A stretch of 42,654 nucleotides of DNA from a virus (Duplodnaviria > Caudoviricetes). Below are positions 1 to 9,692 of the stretch, piece by piece. The DNA is taken from the IMG/VR virus record IMGVR_UViG_3300035661_000128, positions 1 to 42,654 of that record; one strand, given 5' to 3'. Each line of letters begins with the position of its first letter. The first letter of the stretch is position 1. The position numbers were made by a program, and so were the translations under genes. The notes beneath the pieces were generated by a model. That model worked only from the letters and a program-made list of their open reading frames with translations, had not been told where the DNA came from and searched no databases.

Positions 1-1
1 A

Positions 2-376
2 TAGTTGTTGCCTCCATATTGGTAATTTCACCAACCTCTGGGAAGCCATTTCCATTAAAATCCTTTGATCTACCCACCATCCTGCATATGTCAAAAATCT
101 ATATCCCATGTCTGGCTTATATTTCTGCAGTCCGGCTAAGAGTCCTTCATTTCCTGCAGAAATTAATACTTCGAACATTGATGGATCTTTTTTACTATGC
201 GCCTTTGCTCTTTTGAACACAAAGCGTAAATTTGCTCGTATAATTCGATCTTGGATCTGTTTCTTTCTCTTATCAGAAAGACCTTGATCAGCTAGCTCTA
301 GGAATAAATCCTGCTCCTCTTCTTTACTTAAAAGAGGTTCTTTCATAATTGCATCGTAGTAATATCCAAGATTCAT
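2..376 (-). CDS. RNA polymerase sigma-70 family factor (5' part; runs off the window edge)
   Basis: Not in the ORF track. Manual translation from ATG 376: MNLGYYYDAIMKEPLLSKEEEQDLF...IIRANLRFVFKRAK...LISAGNEGLLAGLQKYKPDMGYRFLTYAGWWVDQRI...RLVKLP, matching sigma regions 1.2 and 2.1-2.4 (NLRLV, GNxGL, GxRFxTYAxWW). Confidence 0.9.
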   Translation of the reverse strand, partial: MNLGYYYDAIMKEPLLSKEEEQDLFLELADQGLSDKRKKQIQDRIIRANLRFVFKRAKAHSKKDPSMFEVLISAGNEGLLAGLQKYKPDMGYRFLTYAGWWVDQRILMEMASQRLVKLPIWRQQL

Positions 377-439
377 GTAGTTAAGTATAATACACAATTA
401 TTAAGTAAGTCAACACTCATCGATAAAAATTTAAAAGAA

Positions 440-646
440 ATGATAAAAGTAGAATATACAATGTTAGAAGAAAGAGGTATAGTAGCATTTGCTTTTGAAG
501 CCTCTAAAGAAGAAGACCTTAAAACCTTAGATATGCTTAGAGCAGCTTTATCGGATGGGTATAAGCTGGAGCTAGGATTTATTTCCAGCAATAGACTAGG
601 TCTCCATGTTCTTGGTATGATTGAACCAATTACTAAAAAGCCTTAA
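440..646 (+). CDS. hypothetical protein
   Basis: 68 aa ORF divergent from the sigma gene; no recognised motif. Confidence 0.55.
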   Translation: MIKVEYTMLEERGIVAFAFEASKEEDLKTLDMLRAALSDGYKLELGFISSNRLGLHVLGMIEPITKKP

Positions 647-664
647 ACGTGGTATAAGAGAAAT

Positions 665-850
665 ATGTTAGAGAAAACTGGTTCCCTAAAACTTACACAA
701 TTAGAGCTAAATGAGATACAAAGGGGGGATATACCTTTTAGAATAAAAAATGAATGGAACTTGTCTTTGAATGAAATATTAGATATAATTCAGTCTGGAC
801 AATATCAGGTTATAGGACAATCTGTCTCAAAGACCGAAACACTTGACTAA
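665..850 (+). CDS. hypothetical protein
   Basis: 61 aa ORF just downstream of a TGGTATAAG motif at 650-658. Confidence 0.55.
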   Translation: MLEKTGSLKLTQLELNEIQRGDIPFRIKNEWNLSLNEILDIIQSGQYQVIGQSVSKTETLD

Positions 851-874
851 CTTTTTATAAAACAAAATAAATAT

Positions 875-1762
875 ATGGAAAATCTCGACACACTGAAGCA
901 ACTTGCTAACGAACTTCCCGAAGCTGTTAGACAACAAGCCATTAATTTAGTAGAAGAAATGGGTTCTACTGTTGAAGGCATCGGGGATGAACCTGTAACT
1001 TGGAAGCCGCCTTTTTTGCGTCTGGTACAAGGTACTACAGATCGTGGAAGTATTCCTAAGGATGCTCGTATTGGGGACTTTGTTATCGGAGAATCAAAGA
1101 TCGAAGCTCCGTTCAAGATTATCCCTATTCGTATCTGGAATGCTCGTCAATACTGGGACCCGGATCAAACGAGTAATAAGATGCTTTGCTGGAGTCCTGA
1201 TGCAATTCTCGGTCAAATTGGTCGTGAATGTAAAGGTTGTCCACATGCTGAGTGGAAAGATGATGGTGGTAGTGATTGCGGAAAAATCAAAGGTGTTCTT
1301 GCTATTGCAGCAGATTTTTCCACAGTGTTCTCCATCAATCTTGGCAAATCAAACTTCAAGGTTGGTAATGAACTAGAATCTCTTATGAAGAGAGCTAGTG
1401 TTCCTCCGTATGCCCGTGTGTATGGTCTAAGCAGCGCTACTAATCCTACTGCCAAGGCCGTAGAGAACTTTAAGATTGAAGTTCTGGATGAAAAAGCTCG
1501 TCGTACTCCTGACATGTATATTCCTTTCTTAAAGGAACTGTTTGACAGAGTTTCGACTGATCGTCGTGCTATGTTGGATTCTTTTCATTCAGGTATACGT
1601 AAGAAGATGGAAGTTATCGCCTTAGAGAACTCTAATAGTCCACAAATGGCTTTAGAGAATTCTGTGAAAGCAGGAGATTCTACTACTGTAACTGACATTA
1701 AAGTTCCGGAGGCTGCTCCTGAAACTAAGCAAGCCAGTACTGCTATGAAGTACAAGGTCTAA
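875..1762 (+). CDS. putative ssDNA-binding/annealing protein with Cys cluster
   Basis: 295 aa; CWSPD...CKGCP...DC cluster, flexible C-tail, replication context, followed by a terminator. Function is inferred only. Confidence 0.4.
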   Translation: MENLDTLKQLANELPEAVRQQAINLVEEMGSTVEGIGDEPVTWKPPFLRLVQGTTDRGSIPKDARIGDFVIGESKIEAPFKIIPIRIWNARQYWDPDQTSNKMLCWSPDAILGQIGRECKGCPHAEWKDDGGSDCGKIKGVLAIAADFSTVFSINLGKSNFKVGNELESLMKRASVPPYARVYGLSSATNPTAKAVENFKIEVLDEKARRTPDMYIPFLKELFDRVSTDRRAMLDSFHSGIRKKMEVIALENSNSPQMALENSVKAGDSTTVTDIKVPEAAPETKQASTAMKYKV

Positions 1763-1763
1763 G

Positions 1764-1795
1764 AAAAAGCCGAGAATAAAACCTCGGTTTTTTTT
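1764..1795 (+). terminator. Rho-independent terminator
   Basis: GCCGAG-loop-CTCGGT followed by a long T run. Confidence 0.75.
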
Positions 1796-1822
1796 AGATA
1801 ATTTCAATTTACAATAATTATA

Positions 1823-2449
1823 ATGTCAAATGAAAATTCTCAGAATGAAAATAAAAATTCCGCTTTTAGCGAAGATTTTGTACCAGAAAGTAAAGTAAGT
1901 TCTGAAGACGAAAAACAGTTTATACAAGAATTTGTTGCATTAACTAAAGCTGGTGTTTTAATAAAAACTGATAAGGTTTCCATTAGAGCATTTGCATTAA
2001 ATGATAACACGACTGTTCTATGTTATATATTAGCAGAACTGGATGATAGTTTTGTAGTAATATTTCCATCTATAGTTTCTATATCTGGAACTAGTATAGT
2101 AAGATGTACTACTATTTCTCCTATACCTATGACTAGACTATTAAAGTCTAGTATTAAATTAGTAGGCATACCCCCTAGTAAATACATATTCTATTACTTG
2201 TTTGCTACTCAAGATAAATTTTCATTAATACCCGGATATTTTAATGAAAATAGAACTAATCAAATAAGGTCTTTGATTTCTGTAATGAAAGAGGACTTGA
2301 ACATTGAGTCTATTACTAATACTCCGGTAACGGAAGACTCCCAGGTAAAACCGACTTCAACAGAAAATTCAAGTTTTTCAAACATTGATTTTGATGGAAT
2401 TAATTATCATGTATCCGGTCCTGTAAATAAAAAATACCCTCGCCACTAA
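1823..2449 (+). CDS. hypothetical protein
   Basis: 208 aa ORF, tightly packed with the next gene. Confidence 0.65.
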   Translation: MSNENSQNENKNSAFSEDFVPESKVSSEDEKQFIQEFVALTKAGVLIKTDKVSIRAFALNDNTTVLCYILAELDDSFVVIFPSIVSISGTSIVRCTTISPIPMTRLLKSSIKLVGIPPSKYIFYYLFATQDKFSLIPGYFNENRTNQIRSLISVMKEDLNIESITNTPVTEDSQVKPTSTENSSFSNIDFDGINYHVSGPVNKKYPRH

Positions 2450-2450
2450 T

Positions 2451-3428
2451 ATGTCTACACAACAACAAGAACAAGACGGAGCCGCTCTTGAAATAATTAT
2501 TCCTCTTAATAAAGAAGAAGTAAAAGCTAAATTTATAGAGCAGATTACTAAAGCAGATAAAGAATTAGAGACTGTTACTTTAGGCGTTACTGAAATGGGT
2601 CCTTGGTCTAATTCAAAGTACAAATCTTTGAAGAAGTGTCCATTTCAGTACTACTTAAAATACATACTTAAATTCAAAATCCCAGAGGCATTACAAACCC
2701 AAAGTGATCCTCTGTCAGCCAATGTAGGGAAAGCCACGCACTTAATACTTGAACATATCATGTGTGGCAAAAGTGTTGAAAAATCTTATAGTTTAGCTAG
2801 AAAAGATTTTGTAGATAAAAATATTCTTACTCCTGAACAGTGGGTGGAAAAAGTAGAAGCTCTTAATCATAATATTTCCAGTTTTAAGGAAAAGATGATT
2901 GACTTCGAAAGATCTAATCCCTCTAAGAGGGTCTTTACTGAAATCCGTATTGGCTTAACTCGACAATATGAACAAACCGGATTCTTCTCTGACGATGTCT
3001 GGCTTCGTGGGATTATTGACTTAGTTCTTCTATTAGATTCTTTCGATGCTATTATCCTTGATCATAAAACCGGTGGCGGTCAAGGCGGTACTAAATATTA
3101 CCAAGAACAGCTAGACTGGTATAAAGTCTTGTTTTATTTTGGCGTAGAGCAAGTTAATGGTGTCCAGACTGGTGTTCATTTCATCCAAGAAGGTGAAGTG
3201 AAAATGGATAGTTATAGCATCAACGAAGATATTAAGAATAATCTTAAGAACTCTCTAGAAATGAGTCTTGAGGGAGCTATCGATTGTCTAAAAGAAATTG
3301 GTTACTTCAAGCATATTAGAAGTAATCAATGTAAATGGTGCGAATATGATAATGCTGGGTGTAAAAGCGGAGAACTTAAGAACCTGGAATTATCAACAAA
3401 AAGATGGATAGAAATAAAAAATGGTTAA
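2451..3428 (+). CDS. PD-(D/E)XK Cas4/RecB-like exonuclease
   Basis: CPFQY, G..H, E...GIIDL...ILDHKTG, QLxxY and C-terminal CKWCEY..C (Fe-S staple pattern). Confidence 0.85.
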   Translation: MSTQQQEQDGAALEIIIPLNKEEVKAKFIEQITKADKELETVTLGVTEMGPWSNSKYKSLKKCPFQYYLKYILKFKIPEALQTQSDPLSANVGKATHLILEHIMCGKSVEKSYSLARKDFVDKNILTPEQWVEKVEALNHNISSFKEKMIDFERSNPSKRVFTEIRIGLTRQYEQTGFFSDDVWLRGIIDLVLLLDSFDAIILDHKTGGGQGGTKYYQEQLDWYKVLFYFGVEQVNGVQTGVHFIQEGEVKMDSYSINEDIKNNLKNSLEMSLEGAIDCLKEIGYFKHIRSNQCKWCEYDNAGCKSGELKNLELSTKRWIEIKNG

Positions 3429-3897
3429 TTTCAATTTTACAACTAGTATTCACGACAGTACTAATCTAACAGATACCTGTATATCACCTAATAGGACATC
3501 TAGTACTTATCTAAATGGTCATTTCCCTAATATTGGTTATGATTACGGTACTTCAATGAGTACCTCAACTACTAGTATTGACTACTATGCCTTACTTAAT
3601 ACTACGGGAACAGCCATTACTTATGTGAATTCGGAAAAAGAATACATATATAGAGCATTAAATAATCAGTATGAAGATTATTTACAGATTTTAAATAAAA
3701 AACTTATGAATGAACCTATTCAATCAGAGAAGAACTATTATATGGATAGTTTATTCACTATTGAAATTCACAAAAATGATTCTATAATAAAAATAGAATC
3801 AGCAAGAATAGTAGTTGATGATTTAGATTTTCCTTCCGAAAACAAGATTAAAACTGCGCCTCCTAATTTTGGTCCTGTTCAACTAAAACTTTTCTAA
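3421..3897 (+). CDS. hypothetical protein with C-terminal QLKLF clamp-binding-like motif
   Basis: 158 aa; ends ...GPVQLKLF. Confidence 0.55.
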   Translation: MVNFNFTTSIHDSTNLTDTCISPNRTSSTYLNGHFPNIGYDYGTSMSTSTTSIDYYALLNTTGTAITYVNSEKEYIYRALNNQYEDYLQILNKKLMNEPIQSEKNYYMDSLFTIEIHKNDSIIKIESARIVVDDLDFPSENKIKTAPPNFGPVQLKLF

Positions 3898-3919
3898 CCT
3901 AATTTACTTTTGAGGGTTT

Positions 3920-4264
3920 ATGGAACTTCATATATTGAAGTCTTGGTCAATGTTTTTCCAAGATATTGTCACTGGACAGCGGACGTCTGACATAAGAAGT
4001 AAAATTGACAGACGTTTTGTTGTAGGTGATTTAATGGAATTAAATGAATTTGATCCTGTTAAGTTTGTTTATACTGGTAAGCAAGCAGTTGTTCAAATTT
4101 CATACATCCAAACAAATAAAAGTAATCCCTGTGCTATATCAGCGGAAGCTTTACATCCAGACTACACAGTACTAAGTATCAAACTTGTACAATCTGGAAC
4201 CTTAACTTGGCAGATATATCAGGACTTGTTAAAAGAGAAAGATCCTGATAAACTCCAGCTTTAA
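3920..4264 (+). CDS. DUF3850/ASCH (PUA-like) domain protein
   Basis: HILKSW..FFQDIVTGQRTSDIR..DRRFVVGD...LNEFDP...YTG pattern. Confidence 0.75.
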   Translation: MELHILKSWSMFFQDIVTGQRTSDIRSKIDRRFVVGDLMELNEFDPVKFVYTGKQAVVQISYIQTNKSNPCAISAEALHPDYTVLSIKLVQSGTLTWQIYQDLLKEKDPDKLQL

Positions 4265-4280
4265 TTAATTCTCTTCATTC

Positions 4281-7200
4281 ATGTTCGATATAATCAAACA
4301 ACAAGTTAGTCTCCTGTCCGAGCTGGAAAAAGATCTCGGTATTACCTTTAGACAGATGGGGGATAAGAACTGGGTTATAGACGGCGACACGAGTGTTGAA
4401 TCTTGTCCTTTCTGTGGTCACCACGGTTGCTTCCGAGTAATGCAGATTCTCGGGGAAAACTCTACTGGATTCTATAAATGCTTTTCGTGCGATGAGCATG
4501 GGGACGTTATTACCTGGCGTTCAAAGCAAAAAAAAATTGACTTAGCCGAAGCAGCTAAAGAACTTGCTAGAGAACACGGAATTAGAATCTCTAGTGAATC
4601 TAATCCTATTCAACAAGTTTTTACCTTAGCGGCTAACTACTACCATCAGTGTCTTATCGAGACTTGTGATAAGCCGCAGGCTATTTTTGAGAATCTAACT
4701 CCGCTCGAATATCAAACTACTATTCGTAAGCATAAGTTAGAGACTTTAACAAAGCATAAGATTGGTTTTTCTGATGGAGGGCTTTATCTATACTTAGATT
4801 CTCTTGGTATAGATAAGGCTATCCTGGAGCAAAGCGGCCTAATTAATAAAAAAACTGGCAAGGATTATCTTCCGGCCAGTTGTTTTATCTACCCTCATTT
4901 TGTCAAAGGCCGAGCCAGTCATTTTACGTTTAAAGATCCGACTAAAAGAATTCAATATCAATTACCTAAGAAATACAGCCTTAATGGCTATCTCTTTTAT
5001 GGTCAGGATAGTTTTCTAGAATCTTCTCAAGTAGTTTTAGTTGAGGGAGAAAATGATAGACTTTCCGTTATTGAATCTGGCATCCCCTTTTGTACGGCTA
5101 TTATCGGTCAAATTTCTGGCGAACAATTAGATTGGCTAAGGGAGAATGGTCGAAATAAACACGTTCTTACTATTTTTGATCCTGATGATGCCGGGGATCT
5201 GTATAGAGAAAAAGTAGAAGTACTTAGAAAGTTTTTTGGTGATCTTAAACACGTTCGGCCCAGTGAAGATAAGGACGTAGATAAACATATATCTGATGGT
5301 AAAAGTTTTAAGGAAGTAATTTCTGGAAACTTTATTACTGTCAAGCCTAAACCTAGAGTTAACTCTAAGCCTGAGAATATTCTTCCTTGGGAAGAGATAC
5401 TTGAACTAAGTGGCGGTAATGATCCAGATCTTCAAGAAGCTTTTAGTAAGAATGACATTGAAGATGCGGTTATAACTAAGGAACCAGAAACTTCTAAGTA
5501 TGTTCCCCCTGTTATTCCAACCGGTGAAAAGTCTGTTCAAGTTAGTATGGCCCCGTCGGTCATAGACCCGGATGAGGAAACAGAACTAGAAATTACTGAC
5601 TGTCCTATAGTTCAAGTCAGAGGTGTATATGTTCGTTGTAGTTGGAAAGATGGAGTAGAAACTAGAACTCCTGTTTCTAACTTTACCATTGAGTTGAAGA
5701 ATATCTACGAGAATGAAAGTGATCAACGTATGAGAGAAATTCTTGTGCGTAGATTTGACGGCCATAAGAGTAGACCTTTCCTAATGACATCTGAAGAAAA
5801 AGTCAACGTTAAGGCTTTCAAGTTAAAGATGGCTAACGTCTTGGACGTTGAGTGGAGAGGTACGCAAGCAGACTTGGACAATATGTGGAATCTGGTTTAT
5901 AATCAATTTCCAGATGTCGTAGTAAAGACTACTAGACAAGCTGGTCGTAGTCAAAAGCATGCCTGCTGGATGTTTAAGAATATCTTGATTACTGATTCTG
6001 GTGTAACACTAAAGCCAGATGAAAATGATATTTTTTGGGTTAATAATAACCAGTCTGGTTTGAAGATAGAAGATATTGATATAAGTGGAGCTACTAACGG
6101 GATTCCCAGTCTTCAATATGAATTATCCAGAGAAGAAACTGATGTTTTATTGAAAAGATTTATTGAGGGACTTTCTAAGAATCTAAGAGAAATCGGTCAT
6201 GTCTTGATAGCGTTAGGTTGGGTTTATTCCAATGTTTATTCTGATGCTATCTTCAAGGCCCATGGCGGCATGGGTATGCTTATGTTCTGGGGTATTGGCG
6301 GTCAAGGTAAATCAACTATAGCTAGATGGCTCCAAGGATTTTTTGGCCTTGATGAAAAAATGGCTAGTGGATCTATTCCTCAGCTTGGAACTGGTAAAGG
6401 TTTTATTAGAAAAGGCGGTTACTACTCTAGTATTCCTATGTTCCTGGATGAACTCAGAGCGGATGAAAACTCTGATAAATGGCTTGGCCTAATCCGTTCT
6501 TGGTATGATAGAGAAGGAAGAGCTTTATCTAATAAGGATGATTTTGGGGTTAGAAATGAAAGATTATCTTCTACTCTTATAATTGCAGGCGAAGATTTAC
6601 CTTCAGATCCGGCAACTAAAGAGCGTTGTATAATGATCCGAGTCCCTCCAGTAGATGTTACTCATCCTAACATGGTGGCTAACTTTGCTACTATGGAGAA
6701 TGAAATAACTCCACATCTCAGTAATGTACTCTATTATTGGATTTTGGATTCTTGTAATGTAAACCAAAAAGACATAATTTCTGGTATACGTAAGCTAGAC
6801 ACTGATTTAGTAGCTGCCGGTTGTTCTAATCGTATCAGCAAAGTATGGGCTTCTGCTGCTTATTTCAGTAAACAGTTAGCAGATAAGTATTGTCCTGAAT
6901 ATGACTTTATGGAATATCTTATCAAGACATGCGTGCATGAACATAAGCAGCAAAAAAGTGAAAGTACGTTATCTGACTTTTTTGGGGATATGGAAACAAC
7001 TCATAGTAAAGATCATTCTCCTTTAGATAGTAGAAACATAATGAGGGACGGAGATCTTGTGCATATCTGGTTTCCTTCTGTATATAATGAAGTTATGGAA
7101 CATAGAGTAGATAAGAAAAGTAGGACTTGGTCAAAATCTATGATTTCCAGAGCTATTAAAGAAGAACCTTATTTTGTCAGCGATACTAAAAAGGTAGCTA

Positions 7201-7367
7201 TGGGCCTTCAAGGCATGAGACGAGTCGTTATAACATTAGATCTTAAAAAAGCACCCGCTCCTATCTGCACAATAGTAGGGTATGAAAGAGAAGATTTAGT
7301 TAAGCCGGAACAGGAAAAAGAACCTGTTTCTAGTAATAGCTCTTTAACAGGTGTGGAGATAAAATAA
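4281..7367 (+). CDS. DNA primase-helicase fusion (Zn finger + TOPRIM + P-loop ATPase)
   Basis: CPFCGH...YKCFSC zinc finger; TOPRIM VLVEGENDRL and FDPDDAG; Walker A GIGGQGKST and Walker B MFLDE. Confidence 0.9.
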   Translation: MFDIIKQQVSLLSELEKDLGITFRQMGDKNWVIDGDTSVESCPFCGHHGCFRVMQILGENSTGFYKCFSCDEHGDVITWRSKQKKIDLAEAAKELAREHGIRISSESNPIQQVFTLAANYYHQCLIETCDKPQAIFENLTPLEYQTTIRKHKLETLTKHKIGFSDGGLYLYLDSLGIDKAILEQSGLINKKTGKDYLPASCFIYPHFVKGRASHFTFKDPTKRIQYQLPKKYSLNGYLFYGQDSFLESSQVVLVEGENDRLSVIESGIPFCTAIIGQISGEQLDWLRENGRNKHVLTIFDPDDAGDLYREKVEVLRKFFGDLKHVRPSEDKDVDKHISDGKSFKEVISGNFITVKPKPRVNSKPENILPWEEILELSGGNDPDLQEAFSKNDIEDAVITKEPETSKYVPPVIPTGEKSVQVSMAPSVIDPDEETELEITDCPIVQVRGVYVRCSWKDGVETRTPVSNFTIELKNIYENESDQRMREILVRRFDGHKSRPFLMTSEEKVNVKAFKLKMANVLDVEWRGTQADLDNMWNLVYNQFPDVVVKTTRQAGRSQKHACWMFKNILITDSGVTLKPDENDIFWVNNNQSGLKIEDIDISGATNGIPSLQYELSREETDVLLKRFIEGLSKNLREIGHVLIALGWVYSNVYSDAIFKAHGGMGMLMFWGIGGQGKSTIARWLQGFFGLDEKMASGSIPQLGTGKGFIRKGGYYSSIPMFLDELRADENSDKWLGLIRSWYDREGRALSNKDDFGVRNERLSSTLIIAGEDLPSDPATKERCIMIRVPPVDVTHPNMVANFATMENEITPHLSNVLYYWILDSCNVNQKDIISGIRKLDTDLVAAGCSNRISKVWASAAYFSKQLADKYCPEYDFMEYLIKTCVHEHKQQKSESTLSDFFGDMETTHSKDHSPLDSRNIMRDGDLVHIWFPSVYNEVMEHRVDKKSRTWSKSMISRAIKEEPYFVSDTKKVAMGLQGMRRVVITLDLKKAPAPICTIVGYEREDLVKPEQEKEPVSSNSSLTGVEIK

Positions 7368-7440
7368 ATGTAGAAAATACTTGTATTCTAAATTTAGTTG
7401 AACTACAATAATAACTTCATCAACTTAAATTGAAATTTCT

Positions 7441-7791
7441 GTGACCATTTACTATAATAAATATAAGAAGACAGTTTCCCAAAAAGTTAAAGATCTGGAG
7501 AATTCTGAGTTAAATCCACGAGAGTTAACTCAAGAAGAAAAAGATCTAGAGCAAGCCGCCCTGATTCAATATAAGGAATTTTATGGGCGGGGAGAATTTA
7601 GATTCGCGTTTTATCCTTCGTATTGGAAGGATTCTTGGGGTAGGGCCCCTCTGCTAGGAATTGTTGCCGCTGACAATGAGTTTCTAGCAGAGCGGCTCGC
7701 ATATGATAAAGGCGTTCTACCTTCCGCTTTTAATTGTACGTTTCAGGCCAAAATTAAAAATATTGGACCTAATAAAAAGGTAAATTACTAA
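7441..7791 (+). CDS. hypothetical protein
   Basis: 116 aa ORF, GTG start. Confidence 0.6.
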   Translation: MTIYYNKYKKTVSQKVKDLENSELNPRELTQEEKDLEQAALIQYKEFYGRGEFRFAFYPSYWKDSWGRAPLLGIVAADNEFLAERLAYDKGVLPSAFNCTFQAKIKNIGPNKKVNY

Positions 7792-7821
7792 AACTTAACT
7801 AACATATTTAAAGAGAAATTT

Positions 7822-8088
7822 ATGAGTAACCGTTCTGATCTAGTTAGCACTATTGCTACTTCGCTTGATATCACCAAGAAGTTGGCTGATGAAGTTCTTG
7901 TGACCGTAACTTCGGCCGCACAAACCCAATTGGCTACTAATGGTGAGGTTGTATTTCCAGGCTTTGGCCGACTGCGTGTAGAAACACGCCAAGCTCGAAA
8001 GGGTCATAATCCTAAGACTGGTGAAGCTATTGATATTCCTGCCAAACAGGTTATCAAGTTCAAGCCCTTCCCCGGCGCACTAAAGTAA
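7822..8088 (+). CDS. hup: HU/IHF-family DNA-binding protein
   Basis: FPGFG...ARKGHNPKTGEAIDIPAK..IKFKP signature. Confidence 0.95.
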   Translation: MSNRSDLVSTIATSLDITKKLADEVLVTVTSAAQTQLATNGEVVFPGFGRLRVETRQARKGHNPKTGEAIDIPAKQVIKFKPFPGALK

Positions 8089-8098
8089 CCTTAATGGG

Positions 8099-8118
8099 AC
8101 CCGCTTCGGCGGGTTTTT
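8099..8118 (+). terminator. Rho-independent terminator
   Basis: ACCCGC-TTCG-GCGGGT + TTTT. Confidence 0.85.
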
Positions 8119-8120
8119 AA

Positions 8121-8342
8121 ATGCAACCTACAAATAGGCTTAGATGGGCAAATAAAACTGTATGGAGTTCTCACCCAGAGGCTCCTCAAATAGGATATGA
8201 TTGTTTAGTTCAAAAATCTTTTCTACAGCAACTTTGGCACAATGAAGTTGAAGGTGTTGGAGAATGGAGGGACATAGAAACTGTTACTATTCCGGTTATT
8301 ACTAACGCTAGGATTTCAGATGGACAGATTACTACTGGGTAA
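8121..8342 (+). CDS. hypothetical phage protein
   Basis: 73 aa with LRW...LQQLW...GEWRDI pattern. Confidence 0.55.
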   Translation: MQPTNRLRWANKTVWSSHPEAPQIGYDCLVQKSFLQQLWHNEVEGVGEWRDIETVTIPVITNARISDGQITTG

Positions 8343-8748
8343 AAAAGTATTTGTCTACAGGAACTTACATAAAAGAATGTGGAGTGTTAGATCCTGCGAA
8401 GGTGAGGACAAAGGACTTGTTATTGGACATGTCAATTCCTTTGTACTTAATAACGTAGAATTTAAAGTTTCTGAAGCCGGTAGACAAAGAGTTTTAAGAG
8501 AAAGACGAAAAAATGTTCACGCCGGTATAGTAGGAAAACTAGAAGGGTATACGGGTAATAAAAATAGTAAAAGATTACTAACGTATGAAAACCCTATTAG
8601 AGTTTCCTATAATCCCTATTTTGGGGAAAAATTTTATGAGGTTGGTTCTAAAAATCCTGTACTAAATGCTAACATGTGTATAGGTATAGATAGTTCTGTT
8701 TTTACTATTTCTAATATTTCCTGGTATAAGCCAGATGCAAACATTTAA
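8320..8748 (+). CDS. conserved hypothetical phage protein
   Basis: VYRNLH..WSVR...FKVSEAGRQRVLRERRKNVHA...YNPY pattern. Confidence 0.7.
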   Translation: MDRLLLGKKVFVYRNLHKRMWSVRSCEGEDKGLVIGHVNSFVLNNVEFKVSEAGRQRVLRERRKNVHAGIVGKLEGYTGNKNSKRLLTYENPIRVSYNPYFGEKFYEVGSKNPVLNANMCIGIDSSVFTISNISWYKPDANI

Positions 8749-9619
8749 CAAGGAGTTTTGCATGTCTACGTTTCTTCCTAAAGATGGTGATACCCCAACT
8801 TTGACGCTGGGCCGTGTTATCCCCCGCCTGACCAAGGCAAACGCTATCCCTCCGGCCCTTAAGGTTCATCGAATGACTGAAGATGGCCCTATCTTCGTTG
8901 GTAAGGACGGTAAGTTTGTAACTTCGTTTAAAGAGCCTGTTGATGATAAGGTTAAAGCAAAAATTTCCAATCAAACTATTCAAGATGCTTTGACGGAGTT
9001 CCAAAAACAAATTTTGGATATGATAGACTCTGTTTCTTTTGGTAAAAGTATTCTTGGTACAGGTCATACTGCCAGCAATACTCTAGGTACAGTACCTTCT
9101 CTAGCTCCGATTAAGTCTAGTGACATTTTCTCTGGTGTTCATACCGGTCGGGTTGTACCTAAGATTAATATTGGATTGTCAGATAAAATCAATCCGGCAG
9201 TTTTAAATACCAACTTGAGTTCTAAGTTATCATCGTTTGATTATAACTATGGACCTAGTGCTATCGGTCAGGGTGGTAAAACTTCTGGTATTCGCTTTTC
9301 AGGTTACGCAGCTCCTTCTATTTCTTTAGTTCAACCTAAGCCTCAAAACTTATTTGAATACATGAACGAGCTATCCAAAAACAGTAAACCTGAAACAAAA
9401 GTCGAACTTCGTCCTGAAGGTGTTTATACCGTAAGTTCTAAGGGTGTTATCGGTTGGACTAAGTATTCTGTTTATGCAGACGGTATGTGGTATCTTGAAG
9501 CAGATAATGCCGATGAAGCGGAGTGTAATTTTCAAGATGACCTTTGGTCCGGTACGCTTGATGATACTTCTATTGAGAAACTTAATGCTGGTTTTTACTG
9601 CGAGATGGTTAGTCAGTAA
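8735..9619 (+). CDS. hypothetical protein
   Basis: 294 aa ORF followed by a terminator-like hairpin. Confidence 0.65.
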   Translation: MQTFNKEFCMSTFLPKDGDTPTLTLGRVIPRLTKANAIPPALKVHRMTEDGPIFVGKDGKFVTSFKEPVDDKVKAKISNQTIQDALTEFQKQILDMIDSVSFGKSILGTGHTASNTLGTVPSLAPIKSSDIFSGVHTGRVVPKINIGLSDKINPAVLNTNLSSKLSSFDYNYGPSAIGQGGKTSGIRFSGYAAPSISLVQPKPQNLFEYMNELSKNSKPETKVELRPEGVYTVSSKGVIGWTKYSVYADGMWYLEADNADEAECNFQDDLWSGTLDDTSIEKLNAGFYCEMVSQ

Positions 9620-9640
9620 CTAACGTTTCTTTAATTAATT

Positions 9641-9674
9641 AAGAAAACGGGATGGAAGTTTCGTTTTCTTTTTT
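9641..9674 (+). terminator. probable Rho-independent terminator
   Basis: AAGAAAACG...CGTTTTCTT + T run. Confidence 0.55.
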
Positions 9675-9692
9675 ATTTCAACTTTATAATTT

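Noticed and set aside
19-216. Track ORF on the + strand
   Set aside because: Antisense shadow of the sigma factor gene.
2451-3428. Cas4-like gene as a sign of CRISPR-Cas
   Set aside because: No repeat-spacer array or other cas genes; stand-alone Cas4-like nucleases are common in phage replication modules.
8722-8730. TGGTATAAG as another promoter
   Set aside because: Inside a CDS and lacks the TTCA -35 box at the right spacing.
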